Shown one piece after another: positions 14,301-29,300 of a stretch of DNA of 64,000 nucleotides. Location: the NCBI GenBank assembly GCA_002633005.1, contig NMRA01000650.1, positions 20,850 to 84,849 of the forward strand, given 5' to 3'. How positions within the stretch are numbered: position 1 is the first letter of the stretch; every line of letters starts with the position of its first letter. Source of the stretch: Phoronis australis. Lineage: Eukaryota; Animalia; Phoronida. Below the pieces are notes generated by a model that searched no databases, was not told the DNA's origin, and was given only the letters and a program-made list of their open reading frames with translations. Position numbers and translations under genes: made by a program.

Positions 14301-17300
14301 AACCTGGCGTGCTGTCAGGAGCGCTAGGACCTACGCTAGGACCTACGCTAGGACCTACCAGAATCACGTGATCTCTTTGAAAATACACGGCAATACCTCA
14401 CGTAATATCACAAAGTCTTGTTTTTTAACGAGGCAGTTTCAAGTAGCTGCACCCGCCCGCGTTAAATTGTACTGTATATGCCATGCGGTGTAGCCCTGCC
14501 ATTACACGTTGAATTGTATATGCAATGCGATGTAACCCTCCCAAAACACGTTGAATTGTATATGCAGTGTGATGTAACCCTGCCAATACACGTTGAATTG
14601 TATATGCAATGCAATGTACTTCTAACAATACACGTCGCTTTTTGACACCACCAAATTCAAAATCAGGAAGCCATCAAGTGCGATCAACAACGTTAATCTA
14701 AACTGTTTGTCTAACACCCGTGTACTAGTCGGTGGGCCAGATTTTGTAGGGCCTCTAGAAAATGGTTTTTGTGAGTACTTTAGGGGGGCAATTTTATTTT
14801 GGTGTTTTTTAGTTCATTTATTAGAGTGTTTTCAAAATCTAAAAAGTTCCCACATATAAAGTTGCACATTTTTGAGAAATTTGAGTTTGAAGTTACCTAA
14901 TAATCACCAAAGACCTTAGTAAACTTATATTTGTAAAAACAACAGTTTTGGTGACTTTTTTGTAAAACAAGTAATATGGTCCCATCAGTGCCATTGTATT
15001 GAACAATATTACACTCACATTACATGTTTTACTATTGTAAATTAATTGTAAACAGTGAAATTTAAAAAACGCAAAGAGACACCTAGTGGCAAAAATACAA
15101 ACTAAGTCTGAATGTTTCTAGGAAGTTATTCTGGCCTTGTCAGGCAACAAAAATAACACAAAACACTTGAGACTGGGCAAAATTTGTGCCTCAATGACTA
15201 AAACATTGACTAATGGTGTAAAATACAGCTTGTTTGCATAATACACCAGAAATATGTTATAGTACAAAAACAATATAGTTGAATGATCTCTGTGAATGTG
15301 CACGAAGACTGTATTAAAATAGATTAATCTGACAGCGTTTATTAAGCAGTATGAGACAAATACATGACAATGATCAAAGTATGTACTTTCTATGACTTAA
15401 TCAACAAATAAAATTAACTTTTTAATACAAAAAAGGAAATAACGGGGTTGGAGGTCTATTTAGGGTTGGCCTGTCAAAGAACTATCCAATGTTATGCAGT
15501 CAGTGTTGCTGATGTTACTACAGTTGTCACAGCTGCACATTTCTGTACAGTTTGACCCAGCATTGCAGCACAAACTCAGTTTCCCAGCACACATGTTCTT
15601 TTTGCACTTGCAGCGTTCATCGTTTAGTACTGTCAATGGAGATGCGGTCATTGCCATACATATTAACTGCAAAGCTCCACCGCCAAGGAGCCAACTATGG
15701 TCGATTAGAGAGGGTACAGCACTGCACACTGGTGATTAGCCCGCAGGCAATGAAGGGTCAAACACTAAGTCCTTGTTTGGAGGCGGGCACTATTTGGGCA
15801 AACGTTTGATTCAAAATATGTTACAATGGGCTGTGTTAATTAGAGTCAGCAAGTGAATTATTGAACACTAGCCTCAATTCACTTTCGTATCTCTTAGTCA
15901 GGCACAAACTACAACAGTGAGTAGCTTCAACAATATTTCTTAAGATTGCCTGTCCAAATAACTTCATGCACACCAGCTTTCTGAAGAACAGCTTCAAAGT
16001 CTTGCTTTATTTTTGAAAGGCAAATGACATCTCCATGTGCTAGAAGCTTTGATTCAATGAACTCCAAACAAAACTGTAGAAAAACATCTCTGAAAACTGG
16101 GGATTCGTCACTCTCCACAATCTTTGTCTTTCTCTTTTTTACAGCATGATGATCTGTGGTACTTGGCTTCTAAGACACAAGGTCTTTATCTTTGAATTTC
16201 ATTTGCATATTCAGGGCTCTGGACTGAGCTGTTGCTTGCGATACAAGTCCAACTGAAAAAAACCCGAACTGTTAACACTAATTTAACATTCAACTATGAG
16301 TGAGTTGGCATGCAACTTTTTCAGACGGACGTATCAGGAGCTGATCCACCACCAGCCTAACAAATTTACATGCCGTTTGATCTGTAGCCTAATAATGTTG
16401 ATCGTCTAATAATTAGATCAGTAGATGCAGCTGAAAATAAATCAGCTGATATACCTGTGCAGTGATTGAAATTTAATTTTTTTTAAATCAGATGCTCAAA
16501 CCATAGTCAATCGATTTACACTTAAGGTAATCGACGTTTGACGAAATGGACAGTGGCTTCCATCGTCCTCAAATTTCGACGGCGACGATGGCCACTTAGG
16601 CACTTTAATTTAATTATCATTGCAGCTGCTACCTAAGTAATTAATGTTTACAAAAAATTGAGACTACGGCAGGGGATGACGGCCACTTGGGCATGTTGTT
16701 TGCAACTATCTACTCCATTTAACCTTCTCAAAAATTTTAGACTTAAAGTGCTTTAAAATCACACCCACAGTATAACGCCATAGGATTATCCCTTAGCGCA
16801 AGCAGTGTCGATGTGGCAACTGAATGGAGTGTTCGAAAAACAGGATTGCAGGAGTATTTGTTTAAACTGGGAACAAATGAAAACATTAACGACCTCCTCA
16901 GAGGCATCTCTCTACGCGGTACTTCTAAACTTATAGGAACATAATTTGCCGAAAAGTATCCGGCATATGAAGTACCTATAGTATGATCATCGTCTCTACT
17001 GGGTCAGCAGTATTGTCTAAGGCCTAGGCAGTCAAGGGGCTGAACAAGTTAAAAAACAACTGGTGATAATACTGAATCACACGTGGAAAACACCAAAATG
17101 TATTTTTAAAAAACACGTACCTGTTTTTGAAAGCTATACTTCTTTCTCTTTCTTGAAATGTGGCCCATAATGTACTTTTCCTGCTAACAAATGATGCACT
17201 CATGTTTCAGAATGTTCCTATCTTGTTCAGGTTAATTGGGTGTTTCAGATTTTGGAAGTGATTGATTTTCTTGGGAAATCTTGGATAACATCTGTATCAC

Positions 17301-20300
17301 TTTCAGCAACTTCAGCTTTAGTACTACTGTTGGTGCCTTGAAACGTTGCTATGCCGTTCTATGTCCTTTCAATTTTCTGGTCTGACACTTGGTATTCTAG
17401 TCTATAGCACTCAGCAGTATACTGTGTAGGCTACCAGGGCATGCAGCTGTTTTCTGCACAAACGTTTGTGACACCTCTTCTTCTTTTTGATCTACTGATC
17501 TACAGAGTTCCACAGTCAATCAGCTTTCGTCAGGAAGCTTTCCTAAGCTTCTTTAGGCTCTGACATCACAATTTTGTGCTGTTTGATAAACCTTGAATTA
17601 TACAGACATCACATTCCATGGGAGCAGCCATATTGAAGTAACTAAGCACAACAATACAATCTGGCTCTCTGATTGGTCAATTCACTAGAAAAGCGCCATC
17701 AAGTGGCAGGAATATGCATCATATTTTGTGCAACAAAAACACCTTTTTTTAAAAAAATGTGCAAGTGTAGACGTGGGAACTTTTTGGAATTTGATTTTTA
17801 GTTATATTATCTAGCCACATAGAAAAAACTAGGTTGCCCCCCCAAAGTACTCACAAGGGTGAACGCTATGAGATTTGGCCCACCGACTATACCTACATGC
17901 ATGTGCTCCTATAGCATTCAGTACATATGTGTACTTCTTTCAAGGCATACTGACTGTGCTGGAGCCTTACCGGAATGTTGATTCATTTTGACTTTCCATT
18001 AGTGATCGATATTAAAATAGTTTAAACAAGATGACACATCTCGCACTACAAGTCAGAATTTATTTGTCCACCCCACCCCACATCTGTATGTTTTTGTAGA
18101 CAGGCACCAAGTGCGTACTGATCTTTTACTTGTAAATATTTTACAAAATGATATAAACTGTGTTTCGAAACCTTGATTTTGCAAAATAGTAAAACAGCTT
18201 TGTTCCTTCGCAGTGAAAATGTAGACACCTGACAGTTGGAGGATGCGTTAGCTTTAACGAAAAACAATAGTATATCGAAATCTTCTACTGATTATCGTCC
18301 AAGCATTTCAACTGTCAGTGTCACGGCAGTCTTAGAGATTGATATTTTTTCAACCATTTTCACTCTGCGTTTCAGAAGTTGAAAGGTTTATATATACCCG
18401 TGTTTTGTATGAAAATAACTTGACGTAAAACCAGTCATCATTCAAGCAGTCCGATCTCACTGTCCCTCGATACATTTCTCCCAACTCTAGAGCAGTGAGG
18501 ACTGAGAAAGGGGTGATCGACTGCCGCGTTGTAATCACGTGGACATTAGGATGCTAAACCATTTAGATATTGAACCCCAAAAAGTGACCGATTTGAGTGG
18601 GAGCAGTTTCCATGGAAAGTTAATGTACTGCATTTCTATTGGTGTTTGGAATTGACAAATGTTGTACACATTTTGCAATGAAATTGTGTACTCCAAAATG
18701 AGTTTTTTGTGGAAAATCAAATAGATAAAGGTTCTATTTTGTTGGTAATTTTGTCAATAAAGCCCCTTAATAGTTTTTTTGTTGGAACTGATATGCGCTT
18801 CCTTCGTAAGGAGGCAAGTTGTAAAACTTTTAACCATCTGAGCGACACGCCCCGGTAACAAGCCAGTTTACTTTTTCAAATAACAGAAAAACGCTGCTTT
18901 AGGCCCTATATGTAGATCTTTGTACTCTTTCACCTTCATAAGGGTCGTATTCTCGTTCTAGTGATGATATACAAAAGGCAATGTGGAATTCACAACACCG
19001 TGTTGTGACAACAAATACACTGTACATGGTGGTCCTGGAATGTTCGTTACTTGGATCCTGGTTACTTTGCAGTGACAATGCCGATCCATAATTTCCCGGT
19101 GTGATGAACCACGTGTTCTTCAGTTACTGCCTTATGTTTAAGAAAGTTCAAGCATGATGTTCAACTACAGAGGACTTGGCCACTAGTTAACTCCACCCCC
19201 TCCCCCAAAACAGCTGGAGCTCTCAGTACGTGAGCGGAGCATCAAAGCGTATTCGGACATATAGGAACGTTTTACGTAATTATGCATGTGCCGACAGCCA
19301 TGAATAATTCGAAGCTATTTGAGATCTACATGAAACAAATATATTCATTCGGTTACGCTATATAATCCTTTCAACAACTATTTAAAGTCCGATGCCATTT
19401 TATTCATCTATTATAAAAATGCAACGTTTGCACAAACTCCGTCTTCCCAGCTCCACTACAGACTTTCGTTGCGCCCGTTTCGGCACTGTCTTTGTCCCAG
19501 GTATTGCACCGGCCCCCTATTTGGATTCAAGGTGGTCTAGGAAAAAGCACACATGCGAATGTAGTTTTTTAGTGCCTCAGATTTCCAGCGCCCCATGCGC
19601 TGGATCACCGGTTCGGGGACGAGATACTAATATCATAATTGCGGGGATGCTCAAACAATGTGTAGATGGCACTTGAATGTATGAAGCAATGTAATGACTA
19701 GGTGGCGATAGCACATGTACACTGGGTGAAATGTAATTCGTATTTATTTGTAATTATTTTCAGGTTATAAAAGCAGTGGAAGATGGTGACTCTGCGCCTC
19801 TGCAGAAATTGATCAAGAATAAATGGAACCTTAACCAACCACTGCGGAGAGATGTAAGTATGCATACATGAACACTCCCCTAAAATGAACCTTGAAAATA
19901 TTTTTCGCAACCGTTGCCTTTCAAATTAGATGACTTTATGTTGAATATTATATGTGTCGCCAAAACATGTTAACCATTTTTTGTCATATTTGATATGATT
20001 AATCGATTCCATAACTTTGTTGTCTATTAGTTACAATAAAAACATTTAATTTTTTTCATTTGTTATTGGGTTTGACGTACACGTAATTTGATTTCAAATG
20101 ACCTCGAGGTTCCCTACCATTAACATGAATATTCATTTCTCTATCTGATCACTTTTTGGACTTTTGCGCTTTCCAAGAAAAGAAGTCTGAAGTCCTCCTC
20201 TCGCGGACCACCAGTTACCGAAAGAGCTAGTGTTTGCGTTAAAACGTTATTATCAATTGCATACTGAGTATAACCTGCGCAAAGACAGAACGGTATTCCG

Positions 20301-23300
20301 TCGATTACGAATCCCCAGTTCAGTCGCTACTTGTATGTAGAGCTCCTACAAATACGCATACTACTTAGTTTTGGTGTAAGTTGTCTAGAATCTTTTGGAA
20401 GATTGTTGCGTTTTAATAGATGCACTTTAGCGCATGTTTAAAAACGCTGCACTCTTGAATGTATTTGCGCATTTTTATTTTCACGCGTTCGTACCACAAA
20501 GTCATACAGTGCAGCCACTGATATATTAGACTCTCTCCGGTGTCTCTCCGGTCTAGCCACCCGTGACCGTAATCGGAGACAGACCGGAGAGTAAGGCGTA
20601 AATCAACCGTGACAGCTGGCGTGAGCCTAAGCGTGACTGTACCCGGAGCTTACCGTGAGTTAGGCTAGAACGAAGTGCGAGCCAGCCGTGAGCCAGGCGT
20701 GAGTTTACCTGCATCGCAGATGAAAAAGTAATTTATTAAAATTATATCAGTAACTAGTAGTGATGTGTGTATTCTCTTAGACGTTTGCTCATGTGAGGTT
20801 TATTTTTTTTTGAAATCGCTACGTTCAGTAAAAGATCAAAATTTCCGTCTCAAATCTTAAGTTACTTCAGGAAACAGTCCTGTGGACTTTTTTTCACTTA
20901 TATATAAGTATTTGTTTTTATATATGAACTAATAAAGAACAATTCTGAGCACATTGATCCCAAGTTCCGGCATCCTGCGTGAGGAAGGCGTTATTTAAGC
21001 CGGAGGTAAGCGTGAGGACTACCCGGAGAGTAGGCGTGAGGCAACCGTGACTGATTTCTGTCACGCCTGCGTTCCGGTTTCGCTCCGGTCTGGCCAGGCG
21101 TGAGGTAGCCCGCACGAAGTCTAAAAATTCAGTGGCTGTACTGTAATTCAGGAATATCCCTGCGTGAGGACCATTCATTTCTTTTAAAGTCAGTTTTGCG
21201 GCAGTAAAAGCTACATACGTGTCCATGAATATTTTTTTATCTCTCTTATGATGTTGTTGACTTAAGGTTTGTGTCTTCGCTTTACTTTAGTTTTGAACAT
21301 TATTATAGGATATGTTCATACATGTATAGGGTTTCGAAAGACGTTCTAACAACTGAAAATGCGGATGTGTTGATGACGTTGTTTTCAATAATAAGGTTCT
21401 GGTTTGTAGCATTCACGATATGGAATTTATTAATTCCAATTTCCTTCGCGCACAAGTGTTTATTCTTAAAAGTTCACAGAAATTTAGGCATTGTTGTTAT
21501 CAGAATTCCCTGTAGGTGGCAGGGTCGTTAAGGCGTCGGGATTAAAAAGTTTAGAACCTGTTTAGCGGTCTTCAGCATACCAGATGCTGTTTTTGGATCA
21601 TGTTTTGTGAGTCCAATCCCGTGTTTGCGAGTCAGTGAACGGTGTTTGCAGGTACGTTTTTGTTCCATAAACAAGTTGAATTCTTTGCATGATGTTCAGC
21701 TGAAGTTTGCCATAGCTTGACTTCATTGATTTATGTGATCCTGCTGATCAATTTATAGTTGTCCGTCTCATAAAGTTCTGGTATGCGGTGGGCGTACACG
21801 TACTAATAACTGCGAACCAGAATCATGGCTGTAGCCAAGGGCGTGTGTTGGTTGCGAAGAGCCCCCATCGGCAAGTGTCGTTCCAAAGATTCATGATGTT
21901 AGCAAAAATGGAACTAGCATTTATTGTGAAAGATATAACTGGTATCTTGAAAAACGTGAAATGCGAAAAACCTGCCAGTTCCGATAGATTTACAATGTAT
22001 TGTTTTCTGAAAAAATTGAAACCCTTTTTAGGGAATACTGCGAACTAGGTTAGAGGACTCACTGAATCAAAAATTCGTGCTATAAAATAGGCTTATTCCT
22101 TAGAAGAAAATTCTCGATTTCTTGAACAGCTAAAAAATTGGAGACATCTCATTTTGCTTGATGCATGTTTTTCCAGTGTTGTTGCTGAACCAGTTCTGAT
22201 TCCAATTCGCGGGAGGCTTTATCGGAGAATTGTTTACATACATTTTATATGACACCATGCACAATATTATTGAACAAGATATCCTTGCACTGGTGTTTAT
22301 AATCTATAGCGGAAACAAATGGTACATCTTTGATTTTGCTAACTTTGCTAAAAAATACCTGAAAGTGATTTTAAGCACTATTAGAAAACTCAAAGCATGT
22401 TGTCATGCAGCAAGGTATATATTTTAAGTCTTTCCGATCAACCCCTTTTGTGGAATGTATCCTTATTTTGGTGATATGCTGTGAGCAGTGATATAAGGCA
22501 TCGGGGCCATCCTAATGCAGAATGGTGTATGTTGGCCAAGACCCTTTTGTCCATGACGTCACACGCATGCTGGCGCCCTCCAATGGAGGTTAGGAGACTT
22601 TGCACTGTTGACCTGCCCTTGTAGAGTCTGCAGTTTGTTTACACAACTGGTAATTCGACTCAGGGTGATAAAATCATTTTGAATCAAATAAAGATACTCA
22701 TTGCCTCCACGGGGGGGCAGGGGGACGGTGCTGTCTGGAAGTTTATTAAACTAGAGCATAGTGCATACGCGCACCCAGCCTCCAATATGGGGGTGCTCCA
22801 ATTTCCGACATTGTGGGCCTCTTGGTAACAAAAATGTAGGCGGACTAAAAAAAAGGAACACCATTGTGAATTACGCGTTTGCGCATGTTTAATGGACATT
22901 TGCCTCATTTTCTCGGACTTTTTTAGCTCTCAGAGGCGGACCTTTTAGCCCACTTCGGTGCGCGCATGTAGTGCACACGTAACTTGCCCCACTTTGGGCA
23001 TCTTAATTACTCCAGATACTGTTCAGGAAAAAAATCATTTTGCCAATGAATAGAATTTGAAAATATTCAATGCAAATTTCTGCAAGATACAGCATGATCT
23101 CGACGGATTGGACGGTTTAGTCAAGTTATCGCTCTCTTTTGTGGACCCGTCTGCAAATTACTCAGACTTTGTGGTAACTGTCTTAGTACATAGTCGGCAT
23201 GTCTTCCATCTAGTTGTTAGAGACCTCGTTGTCAGTTCGGGTCTGGCTGTTGGCCAGAACCCATGTGTACTCATCGTTGCGCAAATAAATATATGCATAT

Positions 23301-26300
23301 AGTAAATGTGATGGTTTTAGTTGGTAATGTACATTCGGTCATGGCAGACTTGAACCTCAAATTTGATAAATTTGCCTGTGTTTTGTCAAGCTCCATGCGG
23401 ATATCAAACAGGTTGTGTCCAATGTACATGAAGACCTGACGAGGGGAAGTAAGAATTTGATTTTTTTTCAGGATATAAGCTTTATATCCTACTTGAAAAA
23501 TATGGTGAAGTTAAATTATGATAGTTTTCCAGTACTAATAAAACAATTCCCTATCGATCTAAAATGCTGTTATTGATTTAAGCTTTGATAATAACAAAAG
23601 TGGTTTGCCTTTTTTCGCAGTATCCCTTCTTCGCCTTTCTCCGGCTAAGAAAGTGTTACCAGTTTTGTCTGGCTCACGCGACGAAGTTGTCATTCAAGAC
23701 TATGGCTTGGGTAGATTGAAGATGACCATTATTACAATTTTATATAAGCTTGATCATGTAATTGGATACGGAAAAGTTTGACCTACACTGATCAAACCTT
23801 TTGAGAACCTACGCTACGAAACGCGGATGACATGAACAGAAGCATTGCTTATTGTTTGTTTTTGTTTTATCATTTGTTCAATATTTTTACGAAATTTATT
23901 TATCCAAGCAATTATATTTTTAAACAATGCTTAAAATTTTGGTCATTGAAAAGGCAAAACTAATAATAACTCGTTTTATGTCCGCATTTTGTGACCTAGC
24001 CAAGATGGCATCAAGCCGTCACGAAATTCAGGTTTCAAGAAATTAAGTTAAACCAAATGCTTCAAATTAAGTTTTAGGCCGTCGAGAAAATGTTGAGGTT
24101 ATGATTTTACCTGCGGCGTTAAGTAATTCCAAATTTCAGGTCGCATAATCGAGTTCTTTCTGTTTGGTGTAACTGTATTTTTCTCTACCGCCATTGAAAT
24201 CCTTTAGAGCTTCGAAATAATATCCAATCCAAGCGGCTTCCCATTACCGGGTAATACCGGATACACTGTACGTGCCATATAATTTTGCACAATATAGCTC
24301 AACCTCGAAACGACTCGTGGTCCCAACATGCATGTCGCATGGGGCTACTTATCCTTCGGAGACATCAACAGAATCTGGGAATTTGCTTTTAAACATTGAT
24401 ACAAGAGGGGTTCCTTTGGAAAACGAATTGGTTCTAAAGCAGAAGATGTGTGTGATCCGCTGTAGACATCGTAGATGTCAATTTGAAACTACGCGGTCGC
24501 TTACGGGATTCGATGTCTCCGTGGACTACGACACACTTATTACACTGCGATTCGAAACATTGGTCCGGTTACCGGTATTAAACGCATCTTGCACTGTTGA
24601 AAATTAAATTATTTGATGGAAATTAATGGTGGGGGCTTGCCAGAGCTGTTGGCGGTTTATTGGTTTTTGTCAAAAGTTAAGAGTGGCGATTAGTAGACCA
24701 GTGGACGCTTTTTACAAAACGTTTCAAAGGTAGAGAATAGGCGCAAACTCGAATACGGTCGTTTTCTGAATATTTGCCTATTAAAAAATCAAAAGACTGC
24801 AATAGCAAGAAATGATGCAACACCATATTTTTGTCCAACGCACACCACCACGGCGTGAATGTGTAGGTTCGTTAACATCCACGTGTTTTGTATTCACCCG
24901 CAAAGTTTCTTATTCCATTTGGCTTACGTTCCAGTCGGAACAATCTTTTTTCCAAGCGAGTTTTAAAAATCAGTTGCATAGTCGACTGGTGATCTGGGAA
25001 GTAAAAATTGGCATGGTGTGTGCAAATAGAAGAATAAAATGATCGCTCAAAATTTTATGTCTGCTTGTTTAAAAAATAAGTTGCAATCGTTACTGTACAT
25101 GTACATGTAGAAACTAAAAACTTGTGTGCTGAAAAAGAGGTCGTTTGCCTATTACTGGATTTAGGGTTGCAATTTACTCGCTTTCTGTCTTTTGCAAAAA
25201 AAACAGGACGCGTGGTCAAACAGGCCGTTACTTTACATTTCCGAACCATGTTCCGCTGCCAGGACTCGACCGTGCGCACAAACAACAAAACCAAGTAGTG
25301 TCGCAATCGGAACTACTATCTGCATAGGCGTCGCACCATAGGGGTTTTGGGGGGGGGGGGCAGTAGCCCCCCCCTGTTTTCAGTACTTCGCCACCCATGG
25401 CCTACGGTCGTTTTCCAAGACAAAGTTTGGTAAAATTATCGTTTCAGAATTATTGGAAATGTCGCTGTTTTGTGACGTTTTATCACGTGCTCGGAATATT
25501 CCTCGGCACATCAGAAAATTTGCAAAATTATACAAAAATACAACATTTCAACAAAACGCGTCAAAAATCCATTCCTCATTATTTCATGTTTTTGCAATAC
25601 CTGTACATTTACAAATGTTAGACATTTATAGCTCCGTTCTCACTTAGTGTCCTTTTGAACTTAATTTTGCAACAACAAAATTATTGTCAGACCCACATGA
25701 ATTGCTTTATATTTGCCAGGTTTCTGCCGAGAGGTGAACATGTAAAAACTCAGTACGTAATGTTGAAAATTCAAGGTCGCATATTGCGACTTGACACGAG
25801 TAGCCAAAATCTCAGCTCGCATGAAAAGTTGGGTCTGTACAGTAGTACTATAGTACGGTGTCGAGAATGAATGGCAGATATACATGTAGTGATATACGTT
25901 GCAGATATAGGATATCATAAGGGGGGGTGACATTTTGTCAGGGGCAAATGCGACCACGCCTGCATCGACTTACCCAGGATAAACCGGAATTCGAATCTCC
26001 TACTGAAAACCAACCACTAAAAAAGTGAACAGGCGGTCTGAGACTCAAAACCAAATTAAAACTGGGCTCATTGTTGAATCTTGTCTCAGCGTATGTTCAT
26101 TACGGCGGTTAATTAATGAACTCAATATTTCTTCACGCCCTTGCTGTTTTATTTTTGAAGCAGGCACACCTAAAACAAACACAATGACAGTGGCTTGATT
26201 TGTATATTGTGGCATCTTTGTATCAGATTTTGATAATTGTAGTAAGACGCAGTATTGTACATTGTTGACGTTCAATTACATCTTTAATTATCGATTTCCA

Positions 26301-29300
26301 ACTTGTCTTCTCGTAAAACATGGACAGATGTTCATGTTACGCATTGTACTTCTTGGGAGAATTTTCATGAACGATGAAATTTTAAAGATTTACTTACAAG
26401 TAGATGTTTTTCAAACAGGCAGTTGTTTTAAGGTTGAACATGTTATTATAATGTTCGGTATGGGTGCCATGTTCTATTACGCATTATTTTTTATTTATTT
26501 TGTCCATTTACTAACCGTGTGGTCGAAGTGGCCGTCCGCAAGACGAGAAGTAACACCAAAGTATGACTTATGTTAGACGTAGATTTTTTGTACCCCTCGT
26601 TGATTTGTCATAAAACAAATCGTGATCTTCCTTTGCATATGAAATACTTTGAGAAATCATTTTTTTAACATTTCCCTTTTTAAACACCATCCTAGGGTAA
26701 AATATCGACCATCTTAAATTTCTGCTACATTGATGCCCTGCAATTCCAAATAAGGAGACGTGTTTTGCCTTGTGTGTTGACATATGGTATTTTGGAAATT
26801 TGGAAATAAAAGAAAATGCTCTGACATGAACAGAAGTTAAACATATTTACAAACAAACCCTAAAAAGACCAGGTGAGCAGGCTAAATTCTGTTCATGTGG
26901 TAGAGAATTACTTCCAATATTTTAATTTAGCTTGTTTATCGGGTTCTAAGCCTCTAATGAAAGACATTTTGGAAGTTAATAGCTAAACATTCTTTGGACG
27001 TCAACACTAAATTTCATATGACTGAAATGTTCAAAACCAGATACATATTTTAGCATCAAATGGCTTCTGAACTAAATCAAGGAACGCTATTGTGATCGTT
27101 TTAATCGTGTTGAGAAATAAACATTGAGTTCACAATACATTAGTAACCATTAGAACAGAGCATCGGGTTTAAAGATCAATAATTGGCCCATGTCGCTTCT
27201 TACTTTACAAGCGTAATTCCCAGACCCGAGTGTTCACTAATTACATGTACCTACAGCAGGGGGAGAATCACTCGCAGTGATTAATTTCATGACCCGCTTT
27301 CATCATGAAAAGACAGCCACGCAACCATGACAAGAACATCCTTTTTTAAAACCACAATTGCGTCATCACAGTTAGCTAATATTCTCTGCACGTTAGAATG
27401 TTGCAATAATAAAACTGTACAGACTCAAAGTCTCATGCAACCTGAGGATTTTGCCACCAGTATCAACTTGCAATATGCCGATTGGAATCTCTAACATATG
27501 ATTAGCGAGTTTTTATATGTACACTTCTGGCAGATACCTGGCAAACATCTAGCAATTGGCGTTGCTCCTTTCATCACTTAGTTGTTGCGAAATGAATTTC
27601 AAAACAACACTAAAAGAGAACAGTCTCATTGATGTCTTTGGTGGTAAACACACGTCACGTGTGAGTATGAAATAGTGCAGAATACATCTTTGACGCGTTT
27701 CGTTGACTAGTATTTTTGGATACTTTTGCAAGTTTTCAGAAAGGCTGAAAAAAGTTCTGGAACACAACAGAATACGTGATCACAGGTCACAAAACAGCGA
27801 CGTTTCCAATAATTCTGTCACCATTAACATAACAAACTATCAAACTATTTGATGGGAAAACGTATTATGTTGAGATTATCCAATTACAGTATCCCAGACA
27901 GCATCGCATTGCTACTGTACTCTGCTCGGTCCCGTTGTTTGAACGCACGGTCGACGTAAATGCTGAGGATCAGCCTGTTTGAACATATTTCACATTGTTT
28001 CTTTTGATCGCAAACGACATCAAACGCTTGGATTACAACCCTGGGCTCACTAATAGCCGAACGGTAGCCACGACCTGTGTTTCAGCAGACTAGTTTGGGT
28101 TGCCAACTATTGCAAATAAGACGCGACATTTATTGGAACAAGCGCCAAGTCCTCTACAAATCGCCCCCTGTAACTCTTGATCATCTTCAATAAGGCGCCA
28201 ATAGCTTTGGCAAGCACCCACCTCTCATTTAACTCTCTGAAATTGATACTCAAATCTGCAAGACGCGTTTAAAAAGCGGTAAACTGATCAAAGTTTCGAG
28301 TCGCAGTGTTTAAAAGGGGACTGTAGTCAAAATAATGTTGCAGTTAATCGGTTCAAACATACAAATAAAACTCACATTTGCCTGACTTGCGTGCCAAACT
28401 AAAGCCAATTCGAATTCATGGTCAAAACACTGAATTCTGAAAGCGATCGCTGATTGGCTGATGCGTCAGTGACGTGAACGGCGGGGTATCGGCTGCTTTA
28501 CACATTCATTGCTTATGTCATATTTGAAGAGTTTACATCGTAATTTATNNNNNNNNNNNNNNNNNNNNNNNNNNNNNNNNNNNNNNNNNNNNNNNNNNNN
28601 NNNNNNNNNNNNNNNNNNNNNNNNNNNNNNNNNNNNNNNNNNNNNNNNNNNNNNNNNNNNNNNNNNNNNNNNNNNNNNNNNNNNNNNNNNNNNNNNNNNN
28701 NNNNNNNNNNNNNNNNNNNNNNNNNNNNNNNNNNNNNNNNNNNNNNNNNNNNNNNNNNNNNNNNNNNNNNNNNNNNNNNNNNNNNNNNNNNNNNNNNNNN
28801 NNNNNNNNNNNNNNNNNNNNNNNNNNNNNNNNNNNNNNNNNNNNNNNNNNNNNNNNNNNNNNNNNNNNNNNNNNNNNNNNNNNNNNNNNNNNNNNNNNAC
28901 TGGATGGCTAGAGTCCACATTGCCCTCGGCACAGTCACTGACACCAGTTGCACCGGCAAATTTTCGTCTGACGATGACGATGACTGGGTATCACTTTGTG
29001 TTGCCTCGGCTCAAACAGGTATCCCTGGTGTCCCGACATTTCACACTAAAATTTCTTATTCCGACAATATGAAAAACGCTACTTGATTGCACGCTAACAT
29101 ACTGTAGGACAATGACTTTGCCCCCGCCAAATACGTCACGAGACTAAGCAGCGCTCCAAGCCGATAATTTTTTTAGCTTCGTTAGAGAATATAAGTTTAA
29201 TTTTTGGTGTTGAATTATTTGTGAAATTAATCAACAATTCATAGAAAACTATCTAGAATTTATTCAGAATAAAGTACAGTTCCCTTTTAATGTTTGTAGT

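Noticed and set aside
23080-23440. - strand Cys-containing fragment (RWKTCRLC) suggestive of a transposase C-terminus
   Set aside because: Too short and degenerate, and no TIR or TSD located
28466-29072. Long ORFs spanning 28466-29072
   Set aside because: Artefacts of the N gap
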